Assembly (NCBI GenBank): GCA_002269645.1
Contig: NIVC01003882.1
Span: forward strand, 1-46,219
Reading direction: 5' to 3'
DNA length: 46,219 nt
DNA from: Macrostomum lignano
Taxonomy: Eukaryota
The position numbers were made by a program, and so were the translations under genes. Of the stretch, positions 12,901 through 24,487 are shown in pieces (the stretch's first letter is position 1; each line of letters opens with the position of its first letter). The notes below the pieces were generated by a model that made no database searches, was not told the origin of the DNA, and saw only the letters and a list, made by a program, of their open reading frames with translations.

Positions 12901-15900
12901 AGCCTTCAGATGCGCCGCGCAATAGCTGCGGCTGAGCTGTCGGTTGCACATCTGCCCATTAGGGGAGGTGCAATCAATTATCAGTTATATTTATTATTGA
13001 AGAGAGATACACCTTGGAGCTCTGACTGCTGATCATGTTTGGACTCTCCTGACACCCGAATTGGACTCTCCTGACACCCGAATTGGACTCTCCTGACACC
13101 CGAATTGGACTCTCCTGACACCCGAATTGGACTCTTCCTGACACCCGAATTGGACTCTTCCTGACACCCGAATTGGACTCTCCTGACACCCGAATTGGAC
13201 TCTCCTGACACCCGAATTGGACTCTCCTGACACCCGAATTGGACTCTTCCTGACACCCGAATTGGACTCTCCTGACACCCGAATTGGACTCTCCTGACAC
13301 CCGAATTGGACTCTCCTGACACCCGAATTGGACTCTTCCTGACACCCGAATTGGACTCTTCCTGACACCCGAATTGGACTCTTCCTGACACCCGAATTGG
13401 ACTCTTCCTGACACCCGAATTGAGCTCTCCTGACACTCTAGAATGCTCTTGGCACCTTAAACATCCTGACACCTCAAGCATATCTGACACCCCAGGATGG
13501 TCTTGGCACCTTAAACATCCTGACACCTCAAGCACATCTGACACCCTAGGCCGCAGCTACTCCAGACACGCTTGCAACAGGCAGATAAGAGCTAGGAAAT
13601 TTCTCATAAGATGCACTTAGATTAGAACGCAAGTATAATTATATAAATACGCTCATATGAATAATTAATTAATCAGCCCCTACAACTATTGCACAGGAGG
13701 TGGGATTCGTTCCGCTGTACAAGCAGCTTCCATCAGGCAAGCAACAGCAGCCAGCTATTCAATCTGAGGACTGCTCAGACACCGAAACTGAGGGCTCGGT
13801 CTGCCAGCACCGCTCCTGCCACTCCTCTATGGATAATTTTGAGTACGTGTACCAGCTGCTCATAGTGAGTTTTCTGGGAATATTTTGAAAGCACAGCTGT
13901 TAAGATGTCCCCGCCTTTCAGGCAGTTCATGGACGAACCAGAAGCCGAGGACATCTACCAGAACGTGACAGACGGAGTCCTTGAGCAGCCAGTCACCGAC
14001 ATCGACTGCCAGCTCGCAGCTTTGCAGCAGCAGCAGCAGCCGCCGGACCCCGTCACCGACATCGACGCCATCCTGGACATCTCTGACGATGGCGGAGATG
14101 GCGACGACTTCAACCAACCTGCTGAGCACCGAAAGTCAGTTCAATCGAGGATTCCTCCTCCTCCACCACCACCAGCAGCTGCTGCCGAACCCGGCTCCGC
14201 AGCTGACGCAACCTCCGCAGTGGCTGCCGCAGCTGCGTCGAAGCGACTCGCCAACCGGCAGGTCAGCTCGCTGCGGATCCGACGCTCGGCAAGTCGACGT
14301 AGCGGCGGTGGCGGCGGCGGCGATCAGCTGAGTTTGCCGATGTCGGACCAGCAGCGGCGAAGTCCCAACGACAAGGGCCTGAATGTCACCTTCGGGGAGG
14401 CGTCGTTTCTGTCCTACAGCGACTCGTCGCCCGTGCCGGCCGCTGGCAGCGCGGGTAGCAACGGATTTCAGCTGACGGCCGCTGCTGCAGCGTCTCCCCA
14501 TGAACAGCCAGCCAGGCCACGCAATGATATTAGTAGCAATAATACTATTAGTAATAGTAATCATGTTAGTAGTCAGTCAGAAGACCAGGGGCAGTTGTAT
14601 GAGAACCTTGGCAAGCTGGCGAAGCCGCAGCCTCAGCCGCAGCCGCCGCCTACCGCTCCGCGCTGCTCAGGTGAGCCATGCCCAGCTGCCTATGCCTGCC
14701 TCATCAATACTAGGAAGTCCCCGTATCCCTGCCATCCCAGCATCTACTCAGCCACCATCGCCTCTTAATTAATAATTAATCAAGCTAGCTAAGGAGAGCG
14801 ACGGAAGGCGGTCAACGCCCCTCCATCACGGATGAGGCCAATGTTAGGAATAGACAGGTGATTCACCTATCTAAAAACCTACCGATAGATTCTTCTAAAT
14901 CCGATTTGCGATTGTTTTTATCCAGCACCGAAACAACAACCGGTTGGCTCTGAGGCAGTCGGACGGCCTCCGTCGATGCCGTCTCTGTCCGACAGCGGAG
15001 CCCTCAGACTGTTTCCTCCGGATGTCCGGTCACGAATTCGGGCGGCAGTGCAAGAGGCAAGGGTTAAATTTTTGTTGAAACTGATTTGATGGAAATTTTT
15101 ATTAAATCAAGCAATAAAATGAGGTTTTACTACTTTTTTGTGCTAGGGTTTGGCTAGCAGCGCAGATGGCATGAGCGCCCGATGGGAAAGGCACTGAAGC
15201 TTCAGGCTCCTTGATTTATTATGCATTAAGCCTGCCTGCCTTAGGTCTTGATAGCCACCAGGATTCTCACATAATAAAATCAACTCTTTTCAAGAGTACT
15301 TTTAACTTTTTTCTTTAGCATGTACAGCAAAATAATCAGATAGATGCACTACTGACTACTGACAGTTGTAAAATTCATTAGTAGGAAGATGCGAATCCGG
15401 AGTGCGAATCTGCGGAACCTTGCGAAAAAACTTTACTGTGGTTATTATATATTTTTTATATGTTTTTATGAGTTTATTATGAATTCATGGACAGCTGGAG
15501 TAGGTCCCTGCACTCGAATTTCTTAGACATCAGCTGGAGGCCCGTCAGTGCATTTAGTGTGCTCTCAAGAGAACGCATAGCGCTGAATGGGGTTTTGCCA
15601 TAGACAAATTTGGTCGAGAAAATTCGTTTTCTGAAGAGAGCATACTGAATGCACCTCAGATTCTATGTACCCCTACGAGGTAGAGGGGCCACTCCAGCCG
15701 CCTGGCAAGGACTACTAAAAATGTGTTTTAGTAGTTCTTGCCGCCTGGCCGCAGCGCGAAAACCCTGTCGTTAAGACCATCGACTGTAGCTTCTACTGCT
15801 CTCAAGCACTAGCAGCAGCAGCTGGTGTCTGTGGCCCTAACCCAGGGGTTCAGACCATAGACTGTAGCTTCTACTGCTCTCAAGCACTAGCAGCAGCAGC

Positions 15901-18900
15901 TGGTGTCTGTGGCCCTAACCCAGGGGTTCAGACCATAGACTGTAGCTTCTACTGCTCTCAAGCACTAGCAGCAGCAGCTGGTGTCTGTGGCCCTAACCCA
16001 GGGGTTCAGACCATAGACTGTAGCTTCTACTGCTCTCAAGCACTAGCAGCAGCAGCTGGTGTCTGTGGCCCTAACCCAGGGGTTCAGACCATAGACTGTA
16101 GCTTCTACTGCTCTCAAGCACTAGCAGCAGCAGCTGGTGTCTGTGGCCCTAACCCAGGGGTTCAGACCATAGACTGTAGCTTCTACTGCTCTCAAGCACT
16201 AGCAGCAGCAGCTGGTGTCTGTGGCCCTAACCCAGGGGTTCAGACCATAGACTGTAGCTTCTACTGCTCTCAAACACTAGCAGTAGCAGCTTGTGTCTGT
16301 AGCCCTAATCCAGGGGTTCAGACCATAGACTGTAGCTTCTGCTGCTCTCAAACACTAGCAGCAGCAGCTGGTGTCTGTGGCCCTAACCCAGTGGTTCAGA
16401 CCATAGACTGTAGCTTCTACTGCTCTCAAGCACTAGCAGCAGCAGCTGGTGTCTGTGGCCCTAACCCAGGGGTTCAGACCATAGAATGTAGCTTCTACTA
16501 CTCTCAAGCACTAGCAGCAGCAGCTGGTGTCTGTGGCCCTAATCCAGGGGTTCAGACCATAGACTGTAGCTTCTGCTGCTCTCAAGCACTAGCAGCAGCA
16601 GCTGGTGTCTGTGGCCCTAACCCAGGGGTTCAGACCATAGACTGTAGCTTCTACTGCTCTCAAGCACTAGCAGCAGCAGCTGGTGTCTGTGGCCCTAACC
16701 CAGGGGTTCAGACCATAGACTGTAGCTTCTACTGCTCTCAAGCACTAGCAGCAGCAGCTGGTGTCTGTGGCCCTAACCCAGGGGTTCAGACCATAGACTG
16801 TAGCTTCTACTGCTCTCAAGCACTAGCAGTAGCAGCTTGTGTCTGTAGCCCTAATCCAGGGGTTCAGACCATAGACTGTAACTTCTGCTGCTCTCAAACA
16901 CTAGCAGCAGCAGCTGGTGTCTGTGGCCCTAACCCATGATCTATGATTAAAATAGAATCAAATAAGAATGATGCAGCGACATCCTACTGCAGTTGTACCT
17001 GAACGACTTCATGAGCTCCTCAGCTGAGTGTGTTTATGAGGCCATGAACTCTGAGTTTGTGTGTTTTCTTTTGTTGTGTTTCTGGGCCCAGGTGCTTCAC
17101 AAAAGGAACTGCTCACATTTGTTCCGCAGTGCAATTCGGGAGCCGGCAGCCGCCAAGGCCAAAGCGGCATCGACCGTCTGGCCAGTCTGCTGCTCGATAG
17201 CATCGCTGAACGGCCCGACCGAGTCCTGCTGCTGCAGGAGATCCGGACTCGAATCCTGGCCGGACCATCCGAGATTGGCCGGTTCGACTCTCTAGTGGGC
17301 AGTGCCGAGTTGCAGGCCTACCGTCAGCTGGCCGCTGCTTCCGCCTTGACCGGGTCAGCCGCCACAACTGAGACTGGCAAAACCGCCTGCGCCACCGCCG
17401 CCTCCTCTTCTGGTCCTGCGATAGTTACGCCTGCAGCCAGAGCCTCTGGCTACAGCGTCTCTCCCACTCCGGCCAGCCCTGCAGTGCCGGCAGCGGCATT
17501 GAAGCACGGAACCCGGCAGCTTCTGCCACGGCGCACACTGCTCCAGACTGTGACAGGTAGCCGTCTGTCTGTGACAGCATAGGGGATAATGTCAAAGAGG
17601 TCAAATCTCAGGGGGAGAGTTCAAATCTCAGGGTGGAGGGCAAATATCAGGGGGGGGAAATCTCAGGGGGAGGGCAAATCTCAGGGGGAGGGCAAATCTC
17701 AGGGGGAGGGCAAATCTCAGGGGGAGGGCAAATCTCAGGGGGAGGGCAAATCTCGGGGAGGAGGGCAAATATCAGGGGGAGGGCAAATCTCAGGGGGAGG
17801 GCAGATCTCAGGGGGAGGGCAAATCTCAGGGGGAGGGCAAATCTCAGGGGGAGGGCAAATCTCAGGGGAGGGCAAATCTCAGGGGGAGGGCAAATCTCGG
17901 GGAGGAGGGCAAATATCAGGGGGGCAAATCTCAGGGGGAGGGCAAATCTCGGGGAGGAGGGCAAATATCAGGGGGGGGGCAAATCTCAAGGGGGAGGGCA
18001 AATCTCAGGGGGGATTCAAATCCCAGGTTGGAGGGCAAATCTCGGGGGGGAGGGCAAATCTGAGGTGGGAGGGCAAATCTGAGGTGGGAGGGCAAATCTG
18101 AGGGGGGAGGGCAAATCTGAGGCGGGAGGGCAAATCTGAGGGGGGAGGGCAAATCTGAGGGGGGAGGGCAACTCTGAGGTGGGAGGGCAAATCTGAGGTG
18201 GGAGGGCAAATCTGAGGTGGGAGGGCAAATCTGAGGTGGGAGGGCAAATCTGAGGTGGGAGGGAAAATCTCATGGAAGGAGGGCAAATCTCAGGGGTGAT
18301 GGCAAATTTCATAGGAAGAGGGCAAATCTCATGGTAAGAGGGCAAATCTCATGGGGGAGTGCAAGTCTCATAGGAAGAGGGCAAATCTCATGGGGGAGGG
18401 AAAATCTTAGTGGGGGGGGGGGCATCTCACGGGCAGTCTCAGGGGAGAGTTAGTAAATTTTTAGCATAAAAGTAAAACACATTTGCTAAATTCTACGAAG
18501 TAAAGTCTCAAGTTTCTGGCGACAGCCAAGGCTCGCGGTAGACTGAGACCAACGAGAGGGTTGCGGATATCCTGTGGGGTACCCTTGTTGCTCACCCTAA
18601 CAATATGACTTTCCTTGCACCTGCAGACGCCCATGGTCACTACTATCTGTGTCAGACGAATGGTGGCAGCGGCGGCGGCGGCGGCAGCGACGGAAAGGAC
18701 GGTGCCGGCGTTGTCGGTGTCGGCGTCGGCCAGCCGCCGCCTGGAGTTCCGCCGAGGCTGCGCGGCATTCTCAGCCGGTTTGAGGAGATCCGCCAGCAGC
18801 AGCAGCAGCAGCAAGAGAAGCAACAGGAAGAACAGCAGCAACAGACCGCAGTCTCCCAAGTCCCTCCAGCTCAGAAGTCTACCATTCCACATCTTCTGGT

Positions 18901-19042
18901 CAACCCGCCGCCCCCGCCGCCGCGGCAGCAACGTCATCAGCCGCCGCCTCCATCGGCAGATTCTGCCGCAGCCACAGCTCAGCCAATCTCTATAATGAAG
19001 AAGCGCAGCTTCCTGACTCGATCTGATGCTTCCGAGGCCTAG
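9938..19042 (+). CDS. PDZ-domain scaffold protein with a harmonin-homology-like helical domain (whirlin/harmonin/PDZD7-like). Exons: 9938-9972 (tentative), 11698-11874, 12401-12551, 13697-13842, 13922-14670, 14926-15062, an unresolved join near 16993-17130, then to 17556, and 18627-19042.
   Basis: The PDZ domain spans two in-phase exons: VKQIRLRIPPDGQIGFSIRGGRDFGTGIFVSG|TVPQSAADSGGLRAGQLIVQINGMEFDDLSHWQAAMFIKQHQSDLKITVK|EVGFVP. The segment IDRLASLLLDSIAERPDRVLLLQEIRTRILAGPSEIGRFDSLV resembles harmonin-homology domains by eye. The rest is low-complexity Q/P/A/G. Splice phases agree at every join except the unresolved one. Confidence 0.75.
10172..11590. repeat. Intronic minisatellite, 21-bp unit CAGCCATAGACACATTCCCAC (variant ...TTCCCGT)
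   Basis: About 65 tandem units in PDZ-gene intron 9973-11697. Confidence 0.95.
11895..12272. repeat. Intronic minisatellite, 23-bp unit CTGACACCCACAAATCTGGGTCA grading into 22-bp CTGACACCCCCAATCTAAGCCA
   Basis: Tandem units in intron 11875-12400. Confidence 0.93.
12683..12998 (+). mobile_element. tRNA-derived SINE with a CORE-like central domain
   Basis: Pol III A box TAGCCTAGTGG (12695) and B box GGTTCGATTC (12739). These are followed by GTCCTTGAGCAAGACAACTAAC...CTTCAGTTCACCCAGCTGTAAAATGGG (12772-12829), which aligns by eye to the MIR/CORE-SINE core GACCTTGGGCAAGTCACTTAAC...CCTCAGTTTCCTCATCTGTAAAATGGG. The tail is AT-rich (TATTTATTATT). Confidence 0.75.
13040..13432. repeat. Intronic minisatellite, 22-23-bp unit CTGACACCCGAATTGGACTCTC
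   Basis: Tandem units, followed by a ~60-bp direct duplication at 13440-13550. Confidence 0.93.
15775..16937. repeat. Intronic 78-bp tandem repeat, about 15 copies (GACCATAGACTGTAGCTTCTACTGCTCTCAAGCACTAGCAGCAGCAGCTGGTGTCTGTGGCCCTAACCCAGGGGTTCA)
   Basis: Near-perfect tandem units with a 78-bp period. Confidence 0.95.
17600..18450. repeat. G-rich intronic minisatellite, 18-bp GGGGGAGGGCAAATCTCA grading to 19-bp GGGAGGGCAAATCTGAGGT
   Basis: Tandem units in intron 17557-18626. Confidence 0.92.
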
Positions 19043-19226
19043 CGATACTTGATAATCATAGCATGACTGCGCTCGAACTGGTGTTAAAAATTCGTTGCTT
19101 AGTTTGAGCATGAGCTCAGATTTGGAAAGGGATTTGCTCAGGCTCTGTGTATGTCCAAGTAAGTTTTAAGTAGCAGCTGAAGTCGCATAAGTCAGACACG
19201 GACAAGCTTAATGTCAGGGGGTATAA

Positions 19227-19765
19227 TTAGGATTAGGATTGGGATTAGGATTAGGGTTGGGATTAGGATTAGGGTTGGGATTAGAATTAGGGTTGGGATT
19301 ATGATTAGGATTAGGATAAGGATTAGGATTGGGATTAGGATTACGGTTGGGATTAGGATTAGGATTAGAGTTCAGATAAGGATTAGGGTTGGTATTAGTA
19401 TTAGGGTTAGAGTTGGGATTAGGATTAGGATTAGGGTAGGGATTAGGATTAGGGTTGGGATTAGGATTAGGGTTGGGATTAGGATTAGGGTTGGGATTAG
19501 GATTAGGGTTAAGATTAGGATTAGGGTTGGGATTAGGATTAGGATTAGAGTTGGGATTATGATTAGGATTAGGGTTCGGATTAGGATTAGGATCAGCATT
19601 ATAGGATTAGGGTTAGGATTAGGATTAGGGTTGGGAAATAACGATTATGATTAGCATTATAGGATTAGGGTTAATATTAGGATCAAGGTAAGGGTTAGGA
19701 TTATGATTAGGACTAGCATTATAGCTCGTAGTATTAGGTTAGGGTTTGGGTTAGAAATTGGGGTT
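19227..19765 (+). repeat. Interstitial telomere-like degenerate hexamer tract (TTAGGG/TTAGGA/TTGGGA)
   Basis: Mixed hexamers, often arranged as the 18-mer GATTAGGATTAGGGTTGG, with unique sequence on both sides. Confidence 0.85.
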
Positions 19766-20236
19766 ACGCTTAACATCATCGAAAATTCTTGCTAATCACT
19801 TTTGCTAGTTCAAAATTTGAACAATTTTGATGATGTGAAGTGACGGGCTTGTGAAGTTTCAAATTATGAACGATATTGTAAAAAAAGCATTGACTTTTAC
19901 AGCAAGTCTTATTTTTAGTGAATCTGACCGAGTCCGAGCAAATGCTCATCTTATTATTTTGCTCTACTCGTAGTTTCTGCTTCTGTCGTGTCCGAAAAGA
20001 AATATCACATGCTTTCAAGGAACAGCCGGATGCATTAGCGAGCTCAGGATTCGTGTATGTTTCCCAGAATGCATTCTGTCAATCGGGGATTTTACCGCAG
20101 ACAATTTGTCGTTTAATATAAAAAGAATTGGATAGGAACTGCAGTACGAGCGTAGTTCTGCTGTAGACTTTCACGTGGTCTGCACCATGGACAGCTGGAG
20201 TAGCAAAGCGCTACACTCGATTTACTAAATAAAAAA

Positions 20237-20665
20237 CACCAGGGACTTTAGCACCAGGGACTTTAGCACCAGGGACTTTAGCACCAGGGACTTTAGCACC
20301 AGGGACTTTAGCACCAGGGACTTTAGCACCAGGGACTTTAGCACCAGGGACTTTAGCACCATGGGCTTTAGCACCAGGGACTTTAGCACCAGGGACTTTA
20401 GCACCAGGGACTTTAGCACCAGGGACTTTAGCACCAGGGACTTTAGCACCAGGGACTTTAGCACCAGGGACTTTAGCACCAGGGACTTTAGCACCAGGGA
20501 CTTTAGCACCAGGGACTTTAGCACCAGGGACTTTAGCACCAGGGACTTTAGCACCAGGGACTTTAGCACCAGGGACTTTAGCACCAGGGACTTTAGCACC
20601 AGGGACTTTAGCACCAGGGACTTTAGCACCAGGGACTTTAGCACCAGGGACTTTAGCACCAGGGA
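20237..20665. repeat. Near-perfect minisatellite, 15-bp unit CCAGGGACTTTAGCA, about 28 copies
   Basis: Tandem units with a single variant unit near 20360. Confidence 0.97.
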
Positions 20666-21267
20666 CGCCAGCACTGAAGTGAATTAAAGATTCTGCAAAA
20701 ATAACTTTGCTGCTAAAACTAATCAAAAAAGTTCCGTCTCGCTTCCGCAACCCACCTGAATGTTATAAAATTTTTATATATTACACGAGCTAGTTACAAA
20801 TATTCTGCTATTTCTAGGAAGTTTCTAAGAAATCTCTACCGTTCATCAACAACGCACTGGCAGCCGGATGTACAGTTTTAATCCTGATTTTTTTCGCTAC
20901 ACGTTAAAACAAATGATTATTAGATCATTGAAATGTTGACTTAAATATAAAGTTCGAAGTGTGTTATTCCAATGCTCTTTGGCAGAACTGGGGCTGTACA
21001 CTTGTATAGGGTATTAAATCTTGCGGTGCAGCACGCGTTTGCCTCGTGAGGTGCAGTTAATTTATCTAGATTAAACCGAATTTAAAGAATGTAGAAGAAA
21101 CTTTTTTGAAAACTATACAAAAATTTCTTGGTCCACACGATGACGTAAATTGAAGCTCGTAGAGTCAACTAACTTGTAAATATAACTTCTGAAAATAAGT
21201 TACACAGCTGATAAATATATTCTTCACATTTCATGCTGCTAGCATAGATCGATTTTGACATATAAGT

Positions 21268-21850
21268 GTCTATCAGTTCTTCAAGTGAGGCTTCTGGCCA
21301 TAGACTAACTAGATCTAGCACAAAATTTCTAGTAGTTCTTCAAGTGAGGCTTCTGGCCATAGACTAACTAGATCTAGCACAAAATTTCTAGTAGTTCTTC
21401 AAGTGAGGCTTCTGGCCATAGACTAACTAGATCTAGCAAAAAGTGTCTAGCAGTTCTTCAAGTGAAGCTTCTGGCCATAGACTAACTAGATCTAGCAAAA
21501 AGTGTCTAGCAGTTCTTCAAGTGAGGCTTCTGGCCATAGACTAACTAGATCTAGCACAAAATTTCTAGCAGTTCTTCAAGTGGGGCTTCTGGCCATAGAC
21601 TAACTAGATCTAGCACAAAGTTTCTAGCAGTTCTTTAAGTGAGGCTTCTGGCCATAGACTAACTAGATCTAGCACAAAGTTTCTAGCAGTTAGTCATGTG
21701 AGGCTTCTGGCCATAGAGTATATAAGTTTAGCATGTACCGTAGTGTCTCTCAGTTCTTCTATATTAAGGCTTTTTTTGGCCATAGACTAACTAGGCCTAG
21801 CATATAGTGTCTATCAGTTCTTCGAGTGATGCTTTTGGCCATAGACTAAA
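21268..21850. repeat. 59-bp tandem repeat (CAGTTCTTCAAGTGAGGCTTCTGGCCATAGACTAACTAGATCTAGCACAAAATTTCTAG), about 10 copies
   Basis: Unit starts at 21274 and 21333 give a 59-bp period; both edges are degenerate. Confidence 0.92.
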
Positions 21851-22788
21851 AGTGTGTAGCATAATGCCTAGATTAATTTAAGATTAATTTAAAAGATTTC
21901 CTCTGTGTGCGCTAAATAGCTTACACGCAGATATATTGTTTGTCATTTACTTTAAGCGAGCACAGAGGACGACTTAAATGAGATAAAAGAAATTCACATA
22001 GGAGCACAATAACAGATAATGTCTGAGTTCCCGCGTACTTGATAGTTCGTTGGATTTCTTTTGATTTAAAGACTATTTTTCATCTATCAATAATTTCAAT
22101 GGAAAATCTGTTAATATCGCTGAAACTAGAATATAATTGACAGGTTCCAGTTAGTGGGAATTCAAAATTCTGATCTAGGCCCCACCAAATAGCAGAGCGA
22201 CATGATGCTTTCATGCGTCACGTACTAGAGAAAAAGAGTTTGCAAAGTAACATTGGATTTCCTGTTGACTTATTGACACTATCAAGTTAAAAAGCAAGTT
22301 GAAGCTGCCCCAGAAGCCAGCCAGTTCAAAGCAAAGTTCAATTTAATCAGATAACGACCAGATTAAACCCAACCCGCACCTCTGCAGCCTGAGAGTTCGA
22401 CAGAACCAGCAAACTTGGGTGCTGAAATAAGCAACGAACTCGAACTTGCATGTGACTCCTGTTGTGAAAGCTGGTTTTTAGCGCATTTCAAACGGAAAAG
22501 CACTGGTGGCAGAGCTAGCCTCTGCCCCCAGTCCCCCCCAAGTTTCAAGTTCACCCCCCCCCCCTTGCACTCAGATTTTTAGGTTTTGATCTGCATTTAA
22601 CTAGATTTATCTGCACTTGACCTTGAACTGAGTCGGCTGGGGTTGGCCACCGGTCGCAGGTGCGATAAGAACTCAGAGGTGATGGTCCATAAAAACCCGA
22701 CCGGGGCCCCGAGCCCACAATTCTGGACTGCCAAAGTTCTGTAACACTACGCTCGAGTATAGCAACAAGTAAAGCTAAGAAAGCAACC

Positions 22789-23518
22789 ATGATGAAGTGT
22801 GTTCTCATCGCTTGCCTGGCCCTGGCCAGCTTCACCTGCGTGTCCGGCACCTTCTGGAGGCCTTGCCCAGGCGGTGAGTACAGCTACATGTAGCTGTTAA
22901 TAATTCTTTAACAATTTGCTGATTGAAGTTTGCTATAATTCGATTTTACAGGCTCCAAGACGCTGGACTTCGATGTCGAAGGCTGCGCAGGACAGCGGCT
23001 CTGCACGGTGCGACGCGGCGAGACTCGCTCTTTGTCCATGCGATTCCGAGCCAGTGAGTTCTCGCTCACTAGCCTACTATGAGTAGCTTTTTATGGCGCT
23101 TCTGTTAGTCTATAATCAATTGATAATCAAAACATTGTTTTGCAGCTAGCGACAGCTCCACCCTGACTGCCGCTGTTTTTGGCAAGTCTCGCGGCATGAG
23201 CAGCCCCATGCCGCTGGCCAGCAACAGCTTCGAGAGCAACGCCTGCAACAACTTGGTTGACGGCAGCGAGTGCCCGATCGTGCGCAACCAAGTGTACAAT
23301 TACCGGATGCCGCTGCTGATTGAGCAGTTCTTCCCACCCGTGAGTCCTAGCTGCTGTCCTTTTATCTCATTTAAATACTTTTTACTACTTTTTAATAAAA
23401 ATTACAATTTCATCGTTTTGCATTTTTCCCACAGACGACCTACATGATCCAGTTCAGTCTGAAAGACGGCTCATCGAGGGTTCAGTCGTGCGGCCGCATG
23501 GTTATTCGGGTGGTCTGA
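22789..23518 (+). CDS. NPC2-like / ML (MD-2-related lipid recognition) domain secreted protein, 154 aa. Exons: 22789-22873, 22952-23053, 23146-23339, 23435-23518.
   Basis: All introns have GTGAGT donors and CAG acceptors and splice in phase. Signal peptide MMKCVLIACLALASFTCVSG. The mature part has six Cys in NPC2-type spacing (WRPC...VEGC...LCTVRRG...NACNNL...ECPIVRNQVYNYRMPL...QFSLKD...SCGRMVIRVV). Confidence 0.9.
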
Positions 23519-24487
23519 ACTGTCAGGTTAACTTTAAACTTTCATAAAGAGTCGATGACAAGCCCCACTTGTTAAAAATATGCCCTAGCTTACAGCTCGC
23601 TTTCAGCTGAATTTTATTACGTCGGGATTTTAATAAAACAAAAAATCAACTCCTTTGTCGATGGCGCTACAGTTTGCAAAATATAAATTTCTGTAATAAA
23701 CTAAATAGATTTCTACAACTGATTATAATAAACCAATTGAGTTTTCAATCCTTTTGTATATTTTTACCAATTTCACAATTTCCACTTGATTAAATATTAG
23801 AAGTACATTAAAACAATTAACTGTGTGCAGCTGAAACCAGATTGTTAAAAATTGTTTTAAAAGTATCAAATTATTCACAGTTACCGCGTGCAAAAGTGCT
23901 AAAAAGCATTATAAAATTATATTGCTTCTTTAAACCAAAGTATTAAGACTACATTTTTTGTTTTAAAAGATAAAATTTTATTGGACATTGATTAACTTAT
24001 TGATCGCATTTTAGCCATAGAAGTTTTAACTTTCCAACACTTACTATGTCTGTGGTTAAAAGTCCATTAATTTAGTGCAATAGCATGGTGCAAGGAAAGA
24101 TATCAAATATACGAAATGAATCACTGAAAAAAATTTATGAATATTTCTCAGCTAGCTAAATCAGAACCAAAAAGTACCAAGCAAACATACTGTAGAGAGC
24201 CGATATAGCAATTAAAACCGAAGTCGAAATTATAAATCCTCAGGCTCCTACATTTACTTTTCGACCAAAGACAAAGACAAAAGACAAAAGGCTTCAGCCT
24301 TAGCTCAGCTATTTTAGCTATCGGTGTTTGCTCAGTACTCTTGAATCATATTTAACTCACTGTTCTGCATGGCAAGCTCTGAAACAAATTGAATGAATGA
24401 ATGCGGTTGATTAAAAATGTAATTAAGAGGCAAGACTTCGTCAATTAAAGTTGAATTCTTCAGTTTTACACCCTGTTGCCAGCATTA

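Noticed and set aside
13860-19111. Minus-strand ORFs 13860-14129, 14136-14564 and 18461-19111, and plus-strand ORFs 1509-1990, 2310-2867 and 5849-6064
   Set aside because: They are antisense shadows of GC-rich exons of the PDZ and VSP genes.
19227-19765. A true chromosome end
   Set aside because: The tract is degenerate and followed by 26 kb of ordinary sequence.
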